Assembly: GCF_036365525.1 (NCBI RefSeq)
Contig: NC_090404.1
Location: forward strand, 7,192,001-7,256,000
Source of the DNA: Heterodontus francisci
Taxonomy: Eukaryota
Direction of reading: 5' to 3'
Length of the DNA: 64,000 nt
Both the position numbers and the translations under genes were made by a program. Within the stretch, counting starts at the first letter, position 1, and every line of letters begins with the position of its first letter. Positions 13,490 through 26,920 of the stretch are shown one piece after another. The notes beneath the pieces are model-generated. The model saw nothing but the letters and a program-made list of their open reading frames with translations. It was not told where the DNA came from and did not search any database.

Positions 13490-13970
13490 AAACAAGTTGC
13501 ATATCTATAGCGCATTTCACGACCACAGGACGTCTCAAAGGCTTTTCAGCCAATGAGCTACTTGTGAAGTCCCCTCACTGCAGTAATGTAGGAGACGCAA
13601 CAGCCAATTTCCACACAAGAAAGCAGACAAATATATGAATTTGGAGCAGGAGTAGGCCACTCGGCCCCTCCACAGACACAAATGCGACAATGATAAGATA
13701 ATCTCTTTTTGTGATGTGTATTGAGGGATAATATTAATCAGGGCACCGGGGATAATTTCCCAGCACTGGTTTGAAATGGTACCATGGGATATTTTCCACC
13801 TGAGAGGGCAGACAGCGCCTCGGTTTCATGTCTCATCGGAAAGTCGATATCTCCGACAGTGGAGCACTCCACTGGAGTGCCAGTGCAATTTTTGTGCTCG
13901 TGCCCTGGTTGAGGAGTTGAAAATAGAACCTGCTAACTCAGGGGGGAGAGTGCGAGCAACCGAACCACGG
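13490..13970 (-). mobile_element. Deu-domain SINE (SacSINE1/AmnSINE-like)
   Basis: gggcagacagcgcctcggtttcatgtctcatcggaaag resembles the Deu core as I recall it; L2-type tail at ~13490-13600. Confidence 0.55.
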
Positions 13971-15569
13971 TTATTGCTAATTAAAATACAGAGCAGGGAG
14001 GAATAGGTAAATGGAACTCCAGGAATTCAACAGTTCAACTTCCAATGTAGATACAGTGTTCAATCAGACAGAGTCCGGGCCTTTCAGGCATTCCCCCAGA
14101 ATGTACAGTACGGACAGCAGTGCAGGAACTGACTGTGGGCACGACCTTAAATCAAGCACCAGAATATCTCTGCCATTCGGGGAATTGTACTGTATCTTTC
14201 AACCATTTAGTAGGTAACCCAGAACTTCACAATAATCCAAAGGCTATGTGGACAAAGTGGGTCATTTTCTGCATAAGAAACTTCCGTGGAATGTGAATTG
14301 TTAAACAATTGATAGATTGAGAAACATCAATCGATTGAGAGTCGTGAAAGGCTTTGGAATCATTGATACATCGAGAGTCATCAATCGGTTGCAAGTTATC
14401 AATTGTTTCAGAAAGTTGGTTGTTGTGGATCGATCAATAGATTGGAAAAAATCAATGAATTTAGGTACATCTAATGTTTGGGAAACACGATGAAGGACAC
14501 AAATATTGAGAAATATCATTTGTTTTGAATATGCAACTCGGTTGACAGCACCCCCTCCCCCCAACCCCACCATAAAATAGGGAAATACCTATTAATTCAG
14601 AAATGTCTCTCTGTCTATCTGTTTCTGTTAGTTAGCGCAGAGACAGTTTGTTACTCCTGATAATGGGGAATTGAGGGGGTATGGGAATTGTGCACAAACC
14701 TGATTAATAATGCTCGATTCTGGGACACAAACTCTTATACTGGGGGAGGGGTCAATCGGGAATCGATCAACTCAGTGCCATTCCCCTAAAAAACGTCACA
14801 AATTGCACCTCGATATTAATAATTCATTTTGCACGGCCTTGGAACATTCGAAAAGAGTGTCAAAGTATAAAATCAGAGCACAAATGCGTGTGGAGAAGTG
14901 ATTACAGAATATTGACATACTGGCATGTTATTGGAGGCTTTATCTCCGGCAGCAGTTTCCTCCAACACCAAAGAAGTCTAAGACAGAAGTGCAACCAGTT
15001 GTGAAGCAGGATTCTGCATTAACCTCATGCTATAGAGCACTGGCCTTATAATCATGGTCAATATTGTGATTGGAATCACCATATTCAGCAACGTCGCAGA
15101 CGCAGCTGATGCACCATGTCCACTCTAACCATATGTATCCATCTGCTCATGTTTCTTATGGTCTTTGTGATTGACAAGGGAGTCAAGTGTTAACGGAGGC
15201 AGACAGGAAAGTGGAGTTGAGGTCACAATCAGATCAGCCATGAACTTATTGAATGGAAGAGCAGGCTGGAGGCGCCGAATGGCCTAAGCCTGCCCCTATT
15301 CCTTATGCTGTTATCACATCAAACTGAGCACATCTCACTGAAGTACTGAATTCACACGTGCAATTCGTGAAGAATTCATTCAGTACATGAATGGACTGAA
15401 TGGAGAGCCTCTGGGGAGTGTGTTTAAAGGAGTTGGGGACGTTTGAATTTGTGACCACGATGTGTAATACCCACAGGATATATTTCACTGTAGCAATGAT
15501 GTACAATGAATATAAGGCGGTAAATAAAGTTACAATTTATGCTCCTTCTATGTGGGACTGTGCTAGTCT

Positions 15570-15830
15570 CCTGTGTGGCGTTTGGAAAGTCTCCCTGTGA
15601 TTGCGTGTGTTTTCGCCGGGTGCTCTGGTTTCCTCCCACAGCCAAAGACTTGCAGGTTGATAGGTAAATTGGCCATTATAACTTGCCCCTAGTATACTAC
15701 CTCGTGCAGGTGCTAGGGAAGGTGGGGATGTGGGAGAGTAATGGGATTAAAGGATTAGTATAAATGGGTGGTTGATGGTCGGCGTGGACTCGGTGGGCCG
15801 AAGGGCCTGTTTCAGTGCTATATCTCGAAA
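15570..15830 (+). mobile_element. HE1-type V-SINE with CR1-derived tail
   Basis: gggtgctctggtttcctcccacagccaaagacttgcagg V-domain; tail gggccgaagggcctgtttcagtgc; second copy on - at ~26630-26920. Confidence 0.75.
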
Positions 15831-18039
15831 TACATTTTTCAAAAATTCATGTAGGGCAGTGGAAAAATGTATCTACTCGTTTGCTACATGTCTGCTGTGG
15901 TTGAAGTAATTCGGGTGAGTGCTTTGTTGTTCGTGAAAGGACCACATGTTCAGAAATATTGCAATAGTCCTTTCTCAACCCAGTCATAGTATCCCTCTGA
16001 GACGAAAATTCGCCATCAGCAGAGAAGGAACATCTGTACCACAGGGAATTCAGCTCGTTAATTCTGGATAACCTAGGAATTCAAAATGATCTAGAAAATC
16101 AGGAAGGACTGAAGGCGTCAGACTGATACAAATGACATAAAGGGGCCGGTTCAGGTTAGGAATAATAGATCAGAAAGATGAGACAGCATCTTCCAGGCCC
16201 ATCTCTCCATCCATCCATTCATTCTCCCATCTACGAATCCATCCATCAATCAATCTGTTCATCGGTCCTTTAAACAAAACGTTCAGACTTCCAACTATCC
16301 ATGCATTCCAGCATCGCTGCATCTGTCCCTCGATCAGTGCAAGTCAGTATATTTATCTATTTCAGAAGGCATCCTCTCTCTGATGCCCTCTCTGTCTGTA
16401 TACGTGTTTGTCTGTCTATCTATCTATCTGCATATCTGTTGCAATGTTATGATGTGCTGACAGATCCTCCAGTGCACTGTTGCAACTAACAGGGTGTCTA
16501 GAGTTTGGATGTATTTCATTTCCTGAGAGATGGCAACAGTTCACAGAGTTTAACAACTGATAAAAAAATTGACTGCAGTATTGTTGCTGGGTAGATTTGT
16601 TTATGAATTGGCCTCATTCACAATGTTAACAGTTTGAAGTTGGCTTGCAGCCAAGCGGTCAGTAATGAGGAAACGGATCTTTGATTTAATGCACAGAATA
16701 TCCAGATGCTTCCTGTAAATAATATTGGGTATTCGAGGCTCCCTGACAGTAGTTAGCTGGGTTGCTGCCAAATACTGTGTGGGGCAGATTAGCGTGAATA
16801 GAATGGACAAAAATGGAATTTAAACATTTAAACATTAACTTAATCAGCAGCGCTCTTTAAAAAAATGCATTTTACATGATATCACATCTAAAGAATGATC
16901 TTAGGTAAATGCAGTGCTCACATCACGATATAATGGGAGCTCAACATAATAAATTGACCCAAATGTCAATTAAATATGATTCTAGATAATTAAGAACATT
17001 TATTTCGTACTGCATGAAGTCCTAGAGAGAGATTTTAATAACCCCACATTGATATAAGTGGGACTAGCATAATAAATAAATAGATAGAATTGCCTTGAAT
17101 CCGCTGCATTTCCTTGACTTTTCTCACAGAGGTGCGAATACATTCAAACTAAAGACTCCTTTATTACTGATAACAGCTGCATAACGTACAGTTTACTTTC
17201 TGATGATTTCGATTGTCAAACTAGCCTTCTCGTAGCCAGGCAACTATTGGATAGAGAAATGCCCTGTTTGTGATCCGTTTCCACAGTAAATATTCTTGTG
17301 ATATTCTGTAGCATAGCGTTGAGTCTTGATAACTGCGTTTCGGATACAAAAATATGTTGCACAGTCTGTCGCTCTTACAGTTATCTGCAATGATTTGGGT
17401 GCAGGGGGATAGATTTGCTGATCGACCTATCGGTTCTGATTCACTAGTTCCTGTTTTTCAAAAGCTGATCTGAATTTTACATGTCACTCCTTCATTATCA
17501 GGCAAGTCAACTTATTTTACAGGTAATTTTCAAATGGCTGGCTTAGGGTCATAGAATCAAGAGCAATTCGAGAAATACACAGAGAGAGAGAAAGACTTGT
17601 GTAATGTGAAGTGTTTCTATTCACTGTGGTCTTTTGTAGTGTAACTGCAGTCATTCACGCTGCAAATCGAATCACTTCTCTAATATCCCGCATTTTCTGC
17701 ATAAAATTATTTAAAAAGAAAACATTATCGGGGATACTTTATTGCTATAGATCGAAGGGTTGGATAGCAAGAGACAGAGCAACGAGCAGTCACTTTTGAC
17801 GCCATTAATATAATTCAATCTGAAGCTTTGACATCCTTAGTGTAGTCTTGACGAAATAAAAGGGTTTAATTCACAGGCCACAATGCAATTATTTATTACT
17901 GAACGCATTCTCAACTGCAATATTTCCATTTAGTAACAAGTAACCGTTTGCATTCAAACCATACAGCCAAATACCTATCCCGAGAAAGAGATAAAACGTT
18001 CACATTTAATAATAACCCAGTCTAATGATATGAATCCAT

Positions 18040-18143
18040 TCTTTTGGTGATGTGAAAAGTGGGACGTGGATACAGTCAAGGCCTCGGTCAGGGAATCGAT
18101 AGGCGGCGCCTGGAACCTCGCCCCCTTCTGCCGGGTATTTAAA
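18040..18143 (+). promoter_or_regulatory. VH promoter region with TATA-like TATTTAAA (18136-18143)
   Basis: About 95 bp upstream of the leader ATG; no perfect ATGCAAAT octamer seen. Confidence 0.5.
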
Positions 18144-18234
18144 TGCCATTCACTATCACTGCAATACAACAGTCCTGGAGCCAGTTTGCTCAGTGAGTTC
18201 TTGGCAGAACCATTTTCACCGAATTGCCAGAAGG

Positions 18235-18280
18235 ATGAGCTCGGCGATTTCTCTCAGTCTGTTACTGGTTTTCTTATCCC
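18235..18280 (+). pseudogene. IGHV: IgM VH leader exon (MSSAISLSLLLVFLS)
   Basis: 46-nt phase-1 hydrophobic exon; donor GTGAGT at 18281; acceptor tttacag ends at 18407. Confidence 0.93.
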
Positions 18281-18407
18281 GTGAGTAAGTTTTATTGTCC
18301 GTTTCTCTCACTGTTACTGTCTCAGTGTTAGTCTCTCTCTGGAATGTTACAGAGTCAGGAATTCTTTCACCAGGATTAATCCTCAGGGTTTTTGATATTT
18401 TTTACAG

Positions 18408-18738
18408 GTGTCCATTCGGATGTCGTGTTGACTCAGCCAGAGGCAGAGACCGGGAAACCTGGAGGCTCCCTGAGACTGACCTGTAAAACTAGTGGATTCA
18501 ATCTTGGCAACACCCGGATGTACTGGATATGACAGGTTCCCGGGCAGGGGCTGGAGTGGTTGGTTCACTACGATGCTTCATCCAGCAATAGTTACGCCCC
18601 AGAGATTAAGGATCGATTTACTGCGTCCAAAGACACTTCAAATAATATCTTCGCTTTGGCCATGAAGAACCTGAAGACCGAAGGCACCGCCATCTATTAC
18701 TGTGCAAGAAACATTACTACATTGGGTACACTGAGTGG
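18408..18738 (+). pseudogene. IGHV: Germline-joined IgM VH-D1-D2 segment with nonsense codon
   Basis: [27 protein letters not shown]...[12 protein letters not shown]...TAIYYCAR; TGA at 18530-18532 (CGA>TGA). CAR runs directly into D-like ATTACTACATTGGGT and ACACTGAGTGG with no V-RSS. Confidence 0.93.
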
Positions 18739-18766
18739 CACAGCAGTTACTGTCAATACAAAAACT
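18739..18766 (+). promoter_or_regulatory. 12-RSS (3' RSS of D2)
   Basis: CACAGCA + 12-nt spacer GTTACTGTCAAT + ACAAAAACT. Confidence 0.92.
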
Positions 18767-19071
18767 CCCTCAGCGCTAATTGAAGAGTCTGGGTCAGTGC
18801 TTGCTTTTACAATCCAACTATACATACAGTGAATTTCTATTTGTGTCCAGCACTGTCCTACTAGACGGTTTATTATGGATAAACTGATGAATTATTCATT
18901 CATCAGTTGGTGATTTCAATAATTGCTGATATGTTGCTGAGTGAAATATAAAACATCAGGATAATGTACCAACAGTGAAAAGAATCATTAGCGCAGTTAG
19001 AATTTACAATTTTAATCTGGGATGTGGATGTTTAAAATAATGAGGGCTTTATCTCCATTCTGTGCAGAGCC

Positions 19072-19110
19072 AGTTATTGTGTCACCCTGCCCAGGGAATG
19101 TAACACTGTG
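19072..19110 (-). promoter_or_regulatory. 23-RSS of JH
   Basis: AGTTATTGT + 23-nt spacer + CACTGTG. Confidence 0.88.
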
Positions 19111-19158
19111 ACACCATGGACTACTGGGGACAAGGGACCATGGTGACGGTGACTGCAG
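19111..19158 (+). other. IGHJ: JH segment (TMDYWGQGTMVTVTA)
   Basis: WGQG motif; donor GTAAGG at 19159. Confidence 0.96.
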
Positions 19159-22100
19159 GTAAGGAGAAAGCTCTAAAAAAAAAGCTCTCATTCAGTAACT
19201 GTTTTGTTTGTGTTTTATTTTATATTTCTGTCTATTTTAATGATGCATTGGTTCACTGAAATGTGGATTCGGTGGATTCTGTATTGAGATCTGTTGCAAT
19301 GTTTTCTGTGATTCTGCTGCAAAGGGATGAAAGATTTTAATGGCTTCTCCAAATCGGTGTTGTTGAGGGTTTCAGTTCCTGATTGATGTGATTTGGTGTA
19401 CATTTGCTGATGTGACTGTGTGTTTGGGCGTCTTTAAATATCTAGTTGCTGTTAAACCTTATGACGTTTCTACATTGTTTAATCTCGATGACATCTAGCT
19501 GCTGCAGGTTTTCCGAACGAACACAAACAATAAGTTTGAAATATGTTTCAAATAAGTTTATAGGCTGAAAGTTTTAGAGGTCAAAAATAGCCTTACTATA
19601 TTTTCATCTTTTACTGTTTGTGGTAATTTAAAAATTTTCATCTATCAATCTACTGCTCACGAATGCTCATATGTGACACAATACATTTTGATGTAATTAA
19701 GTACTGCATAAATAACAAGTTTGCTGCTTTAGTCAGATTTACATGAATATAACCTCATTTATTATAATGCAGTGATATGAGCCAATATCAATTAAAATGC
19801 TATAGCATCAATATTAATTTATGAAACATGTTCTTTGTACCAGTAATTCTGCTGCCATTGTTTTATATATCTCGTAATTCAGAGGCAGGCGGACTCGGCG
19901 GATTCTGCATTGAGATTTTTTTTTTTGCAGTTTTGTATTTGATTCTGCTGCAAGTGTTTGTGGAATTAAGCTGCTTCTCCATGAAAAGTACTGAGGCGGG
20001 ATTCAGCCCCTCAGTGATGTGAGTTGGGTTTTACCTGCTGAGGAGAGTGTGTGTCTGTGTTCCAAAGGAAAATTTGTGAAGCTGGCGTTTCTGCTTTGTG
20101 ACATTGAGCGGCTGTCGGATTTCTAATCGAATGGAGACATTTTACCTGTTCAAAACGAAAGGCAATTTTATCAGGAAAACTGCCAGGTTTCAGAAATGAA
20201 AAAAAAACGCTTTAAGATTTTTCAAGGCATTTTTTAACTTTAATAACAGGTTTATCTATTAAACCATGGTTTGCGACGCTCTTTCAGTACGTGAAATGTT
20301 ATTGCAAATACAAACTGCATAAGCAGCAAGTTTGCAGATTGGAGAGTGAAATGAATGCAATTCAAATAATTATAATGCGACAATATCTCCACATATAAAC
20401 CAAATATGCTTTAATATTAACATCGATTCATTATTCATTAAACTACTTTTACAATTCTGGCGTGCCACGCACATAATTACCATGACCAGAGCATTTTATG
20501 GGCTGGAGACAATTTTTAATTTATGCTTGAAATGATTGCAATAAGAGTGTACTTATTCCAGTCCTCTGTTCAGTTTGATGAGCGCTTTTGAATTAATTGT
20601 TATATTCCTGATTAAAACAGAGGAATGGCAGCTTGTATTTACTCATAACTTAAATAGGAGTTGTAAATTGCAGTGTGTCTGTGCAATATATCTGTCTGGT
20701 TATTACATTCTTTGCGTGCAGCCCAAACTATGTTCTTCCTTAAATGTCATTTGTTGTTGCATAGCGCGATAATTATCACTGATCTAATATTAACCATTTT
20801 CCTGAGACAAGAAGTCGCTGGCAGTCAACGAATTGTTCACATGATTTTATTTAAATTGAAGAAACTTGCAGACTGCATCAGGCTAGAGCCAAACAAATAA
20901 CACGTTGATGTTCAAGCAGATTCAATTAATTACACAAGGTTAATGTTATTTTTGAATTCAATAACAGCATCTTGTCTCTTACAGCTGTCCGGCTCACAGG
21001 ATAGAATTATAGGCAAAGGATAGTGTATACATGACAGTTATGCTTAATTGTTATTAAATATTAAATTGGTCAACAAAATCTCGGCTACATTTGAACATTA
21101 AGTTTCAAATGTCGCAGATGATCTGAAGAATTGTTTTCGTCTATTTTACAGTGATCGTTTTGGAGCTTCCTTCAACAAAAAAGCACAATATATTTAACAA
21201 TTAATGTACAGGTATTGTCTGAACCACGGGAGTAAAATATAAAAACATTGTGTCATTAAATAGTGGCAGCACCGTCACTGATCGCAAACTGCCCAGATGT
21301 TTTTGATTTTTTTCTCATATGGTTAAGATTTATGACAATATTTAAACACGAGAGTCCTGCTTTCACAAACAGGCGATATTACAGCCCATGGACAGTTAGT
21401 GAGATGTGACCCTGGACAGGCTTGAAACTATTTAAAATATTCCACTCTTAAATCCATCGTGTGAAATACACGCTGAGAATTGACGGAGTTTATGATATAT
21501 CAACACATTCAGATACGTGTGCAGTTGCAAGGTTGTAGATAGAAAGCAGGGCGGGACTAAATTTATTGTTCATTTTAAATTATGGAACTATGATTCGAAT
21601 TAAGTAAAAGTAATATATTTGTCTGAATAGTTTCATCTATTAATATGAAGTTTATTATTTAATATTGATTAAGGGTCATAATAATTTAATTAAAACCCCA
21701 ATATTTCACAAGGTGCCAGGCAGAAACTGGTCTTGAATTAATATTAACTCATGTGTACAAACATAGTATTAAATCAGCTAACATGAAAATTAACCAAGAA
21801 TATAATAATGCTGATTCATTAAACATAAATGACCTCCCACAATTGAATAGCATAATTGCCAAGAATCCAATGAGTGCAAAATCTCAAGGGCCGGAGAGAA
21901 TTGTGAATTACATCTGAAAGTAATTTAGAGAACAATACATTTCTTACTTAGCTGTTCTCGGCTCGATAAGGTGTCACCACAGATTTTAATGAATTAACTT
22001 TGTGCATTGCTTCAAATTTTTTTGGTAACATTTAATTCTGAAATTGTATCAAACCAGTGGATAATCGGTTTGCAAGTTAAACGTCTCTTGATTTTCTAAA

Positions 22101-25072
22101 TTCTTACTCTGTCACTGAGTTCCTGTTGCAGACATCAAATTTCCCTGAATGTGAATTGTTTTGATGCACTCATTATAAGGGAAACTATATCTCACATATT
22201 TTCAAGATTGCAAACAGACAGCGAGAGACAGTTGAAGGTTGAAGGGAGCTTTTGAAATGAATATCAGTTTAATCTCAAAGAGTTTACAGACTTGGACTGA
22301 TCACAATTTGATAATTGATAAATTAGACTCAAACAACTTAATTGAAATTGACAGACTGAACAGATCTGTCTGCTGAGAGCCTGATTCTTGCACCGTTTAT
22401 GCCTGTTCTGTTTCTGTGCACCTGCTCACTGTGTCAGGACGAGGAGTCCTCCCTACAGGTTGGAAACAGTCTCGTTCGTTCTCTTGCATTTTAAGGAATG
22501 CAACTTGATCCATTTATTTCAGAAACTTGCACCTGTCAGAAACCTGAAATTCTGACTTTAAGTTTGACAAGGCGCCTCAGCAATGAGATCAGTATTCCAG
22601 TCTGTGACAATCAGTAATAACTGTTCAGAGACACGACAGACGGACTGTGAAAGGACATTTGGTCAGTTGGTAATCTGTAATGCACCTCCCTTGCGTGAGT
22701 TTGATTTGGCAATGTAGAGGAAGATTTGCTGTATATTTAATCCATGTTATAGCTGTCCTGGGGTGATGAGATAGTGTAGAGGGAGCTTTATTTTATATTA
22801 AACCTGTCCTGTACCTGACCCAGAGTGACAGTGCAGTATGGAGGTGGCTTTCCATGGAATAAAGCACTTGCGATGTCTGACCTTACAGCTCATGATAGGG
22901 CCATATAGAGGGATCTTTGCAGCTTAACTGTCCTGAAACCTGACCTGAGAATGTTTTACGCACAGTGTTTAAGGAATCTCAACCTGCATCGAACTAATAA
23001 ACTGTGAGTTCTCGACCCAGATATTTGAAAATAAATTGTTCCATTGCCCAGATTAAACAACGCACATTAATTGATTCTAACATTTATTCAAACCTAAATT
23101 TTAATGAATTAATAATTTTTAAACATGTTAAGTGTCTGATAATTATTGAATGAGATTGGTCTGATTTTTAGCGCACTTTCAGAACAAACAGTTTCAGTAA
23201 GTGACAGCAACGCTCCAGAGAGCAGCGCCTGTTCTGATCTGATGGGAAGCTGGAAGTTCTTTTGGCGATTTAAATGGAGAAAAGTCGAGACTCCAGCTCC
23301 AAATAACCATCATGATAATCTCTTGTTTAAACCAGTATTTCGTTCAAGTATGTTCAAAAGCGAATAGGCAGTGATTAACTCTGGTGAGATGTAGTTACTG
23401 TACTGGGTCACAGCAGAGGGTACAAAGCCGCTGAAGTAAGATTTTGTGAAACTTTTGAAGTGATACAGTTAGCCTGCAATCAATGTCAATCACAATAAGA
23501 TTTAAGTCTCTGACAGTATCTGATTGACTCATTTGTATTAAATCCCTCAGATCCTCTTATTTTAAAAATCCTCTTTCATTGTAACAAGCAGTAAAATATA
23601 TGTCACAGAGATATTCAAAATTATGAAGCCTTTCCTCCCATTAAATTGATAAGAACTAATTCTACTGAGTCGGGTAGAATCATAGAAACTTCTCGCACGT
23701 AATGTGACCATTCACCCTGTCATACCTGTGTTCACTCTCAAAGAGCTCTTCAATTTAATCTTACAAGCCAGCTTTTTCGTCATAACCATGCAAGTTAGAC
23801 CGCTTTGAGGATATGTCCGGTTGCCTTGTGCACTCCAGATGCACTTGCAGGGAGCCTGCACGGACACGATGGGTCGAATGGCCTCGTTTTGTGCTGTAGC
23901 CATTCTATGGTTCTAAGAAAAACACCCTCTGTCTAGAAAGATACCTCCTTCTGCAGCCACTACCCTGCCCACTGCCCACCCTCCATTTGGTTTTGCCAAT
24001 TATTTATTTTTGTTACTGACCCACTTGCCAGAGAAAACAGTTTCTCCTTATCTGCTATATCAAAACATCCCATAATTTTGAATACACTTATTAGATAACC
24101 ACTGAAGGAGAACAATTCGGCTTGTATAATCGCTGGTGTAGGTGTTTTGAATAATGAATGTTTTATACAGAAATTCAGAAACCAATTTCCCCAGCTCAGT
24201 GAGTTGGTCTGTAGAGGGCACTGATTTAAAATCAGCGTCAAATGAATGAAGGAAGAGGGTGTGAACCTACGTTTCTACACAGGGGGTTGTTAGGATCTGG
24301 GATGTCCTATCAGAAAGAGAGTTTTAAACAGAATCCAAAATAGCCAGTTAAAATGGCACTTTTGAAAAGAAGATTAGGAATTGGAAGGTGAGCAGGATCG
24401 CTGGAGTGATCTTTCACAGGCTTGATGGACAGAATGGCCTCCTTCTCTGCATCATTTCTATTATTTTATAATCCTGGGTCATGAACAGCCTAGAGATGCT
24501 CTATTGTCACTGCAGGTTTTCATGGGAAAATCATGGATTTACTTTGCCTGGTAGTGTAGTTTCATGTCTTAAGCTAATTTCATAAGCACGCGTTGCAATG
24601 GCACTTTTTCAGAGTCGTCGCTATTTTGTGGGGGCGGGGGAGTGTGCTTGGGGTGGGGAGGGGGTGGAAGGGTGAGGGAACCCAGCAGTCAATTTTCAGA
24701 GAGCACATTTTCAAAAACTACAATTAACAAATACCTAGTGTTTTATTTTTGGACAAAGTTCTGTATGGATAGAAATGCATACTGTCTGAAATAGCGAAGA
24801 AACTCCTCTTTCAGTTTATGCCAATGAAAGGTACTTCATTGAGATGATTTCAAAAGGCTTTTACTTTAGTATTGTGACAGGTCCTGAAAGAGAGGTGTTT
24901 TCCTGACCAGGGAGCCGGCATGTGATGATCACCAAATGACGAACTGATGGAAGCTCAAAGGATTTAATCGGAAAATATTGGACTCTAGATGGAGTCAAAT
25001 TCGGAGATGTCTGGTTATTTAATAATCATGAATCACAGAGTCCAACTTCTTCAATCTGGCATTCTTTCCCAG

Positions 25073-25369
25073 CGACACCGTCTCCCCCAACCCTTTACGG
25101 CCTATGCTCCTGTGCACAAGCCAACACCGGTGGCTCCGTGGCCTATGGCTGTTTGGCGATGGACTAGATCCCCCAAATCACCAGCGTTTCCTGGAAGAAA
25201 GATAAAGAGCCGATCACCACTGGATTGAAGATTTACCCGTCAGTGCTCAACAAGAAGGGAACCTACACCCTGAGCAGCCAGTTAACCATCACCGAGTCAG
25301 AGGTGGGAAGCAGCAAAATCTACTGCGAGGTTCGACGCGGAGAGTCGCTCTGGATCAAGGAAATTCCAG
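25073..25369 (+). pseudogene. IGHM: IgM CH1 exon with nonsense codon
   Basis: [14 protein letters not shown]...[17 protein letters not shown]...[17 protein letters not shown]; TAG at 25165-25167; AG/GT intact. Confidence 0.95.
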
Positions 25370-25581
25370 GTTAGTGTTGTGGAAACTGTGGAAAAACATA
25401 AAAGCTATAGTGATCTTGTGTAGAGCTTTGGCTTTACGACATTTAGGGTATTGTGCACTGTTCTGATGCCAGGAAACTCCAGTTAGTATCTGCGTGACAA
25501 CAAATAACCTGTTAAAATAAAAGAACAGTTTGGATAAGTTATTAATGTCTTCGAGAAATATCTAACATGTTTTTCTTCAAG

Positions 25582-25899
25582 ATTGCAAAGGTGACATCGT
25601 CCATCCAACTGTTATCCTCACCCAGAGTTCCAGTGAAGAAATCACAAGCAGCAGATTTGCAACTGTCTTGTGTTCAATCATCGATTTCCAGCCAGAGTCA
25701 ATAACCGTGAGTTGGTTGAAGGATGGACAACCCATGGATTCGGGCTTCGCCACCTCTCCCGCCTGTGAAGTGAACGGGAACTTCTCGGCGACCAGTCGGC
25801 TGACTGTCCCCGCTGGGGGATGGTTCACCAACACGGTCTATACCTGCCAGGTCTCCCATCAAGAGGTCACCCAAAGCCGAAACATCACCGGATCTCAGG
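25582..25899 (+). pseudogene. IGHM: IgM CH2 exon (frame open)
   Basis: [15 protein letters not shown]...[17 protein letters not shown]...YTCQVSH...GSQ; 318 nt; AG/GT intact. Confidence 0.95.
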
Positions 25900-26629
25900 G
25901 TAAGAGACACAAACCGAGAAAACTCCAGATCATACTGTTCTCTGATGAATATCAAATTGAACAATTTATTGGAGTCAGTACAAAGCACTGAATATTTTTC
26001 CAATTCGCCATCGTGCCTCATTCCGCTGTGAGTGCTGAATTAGAATTGCTCACGGTTCAACATGTCATCACATCTCCAAAGAATGGCTCCCTCTGCTTTG
26101 ATGTCATATAGTGAGTCAGGTGGCCTTGCTTTCAGTTTTATCGTGATTTGGCCGATCATATTCAGAGCGGCAATAGGTGTCTGGAACTCTTTACTGTTCA
26201 CAACCTCGGGATCAAGTGCCAGAAAGAGCATCTTCCCTATTTAGAAAACTGTGTTCAATTCAGGACTCATGAGCTCAGGAAGGATATATTGTCATTGGGA
26301 GTGATGCAACACAAATTGAGTAGAATGATAGCGGGGCTGAACGGGTTAAATAAGAGGACAGGTTTCATTGACCAAACTGGTATTCCTTTGTGTATAGAAG
26401 ATTAAAGGGTGATCTACTTGAGGTGTTTAAGATGTTTACTGGAATTGATGGAGTCGAAGGCATAAACTTCAAATTAGACTAAGGTCATTCAAGGATGATA
26501 TCAGGAAAGTTATTCACACAGTGGGTAGCGGAAATCTGGAATTCTCTTCCTCAACTCGCTCTTGAAGTATGTCATCAATTCAAAATTTTCATGTCGAGAT
26601 TGACAGTTTAGAGTTCGGCAAGGGTATTT

Positions 26630-26920
26630 TTATTTAGAGATACAGCACTGCAACAGGCCCTTCGGCACACCATGTCTGCGCCAACCAACAATCACCCTAT
26701 TTATACTAACCCGACTTTCCCTACCACCTACCTACACTAGGCGCAATTTACAATGGCCAGTTTACTTATCACCTGCAAGTTTTTGGCTGTGGGAGGAAAC
26801 CGGAGCACCAACACATTCACAGGGAGAGCTGCCAAACTCCGCAAAGGTAGTGTCGAACCCAGAATCGAACCCACGTCGTTGGGACTGTGAGGCTGCGGAG
26901 CTAACCACGGTGCTATCGGT
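26630..26920 (-). mobile_element. HE1-type V-SINE inserted in an old CR1 fragment (~26230-27000)
   Basis: tRNA-like head (B-box-like gggttcgattc on -), V-domain and CR1 tail. Confidence 0.7.

Noticed and set aside
14300-14540. ~18-bp periodic sequence (atcaatcgattgagagtc-like)
   Set aside because: Degenerate minisatellite with no splice or ORF support; not CRISPR-like (no unique spacers, eukaryotic context)
18560-18832. ORF-track 90-aa protein as a functional gene
   Set aside because: It is the post-stop half of the VH pseudogene reading through D and the RSS
22380-22560. CACCTG E-boxes (22419, 22530) in the J-CH1 intron as an intronic enhancer
   Set aside because: Two hexamers in ~6 kb are expected by chance; no paralogous intron in the window to test conservation
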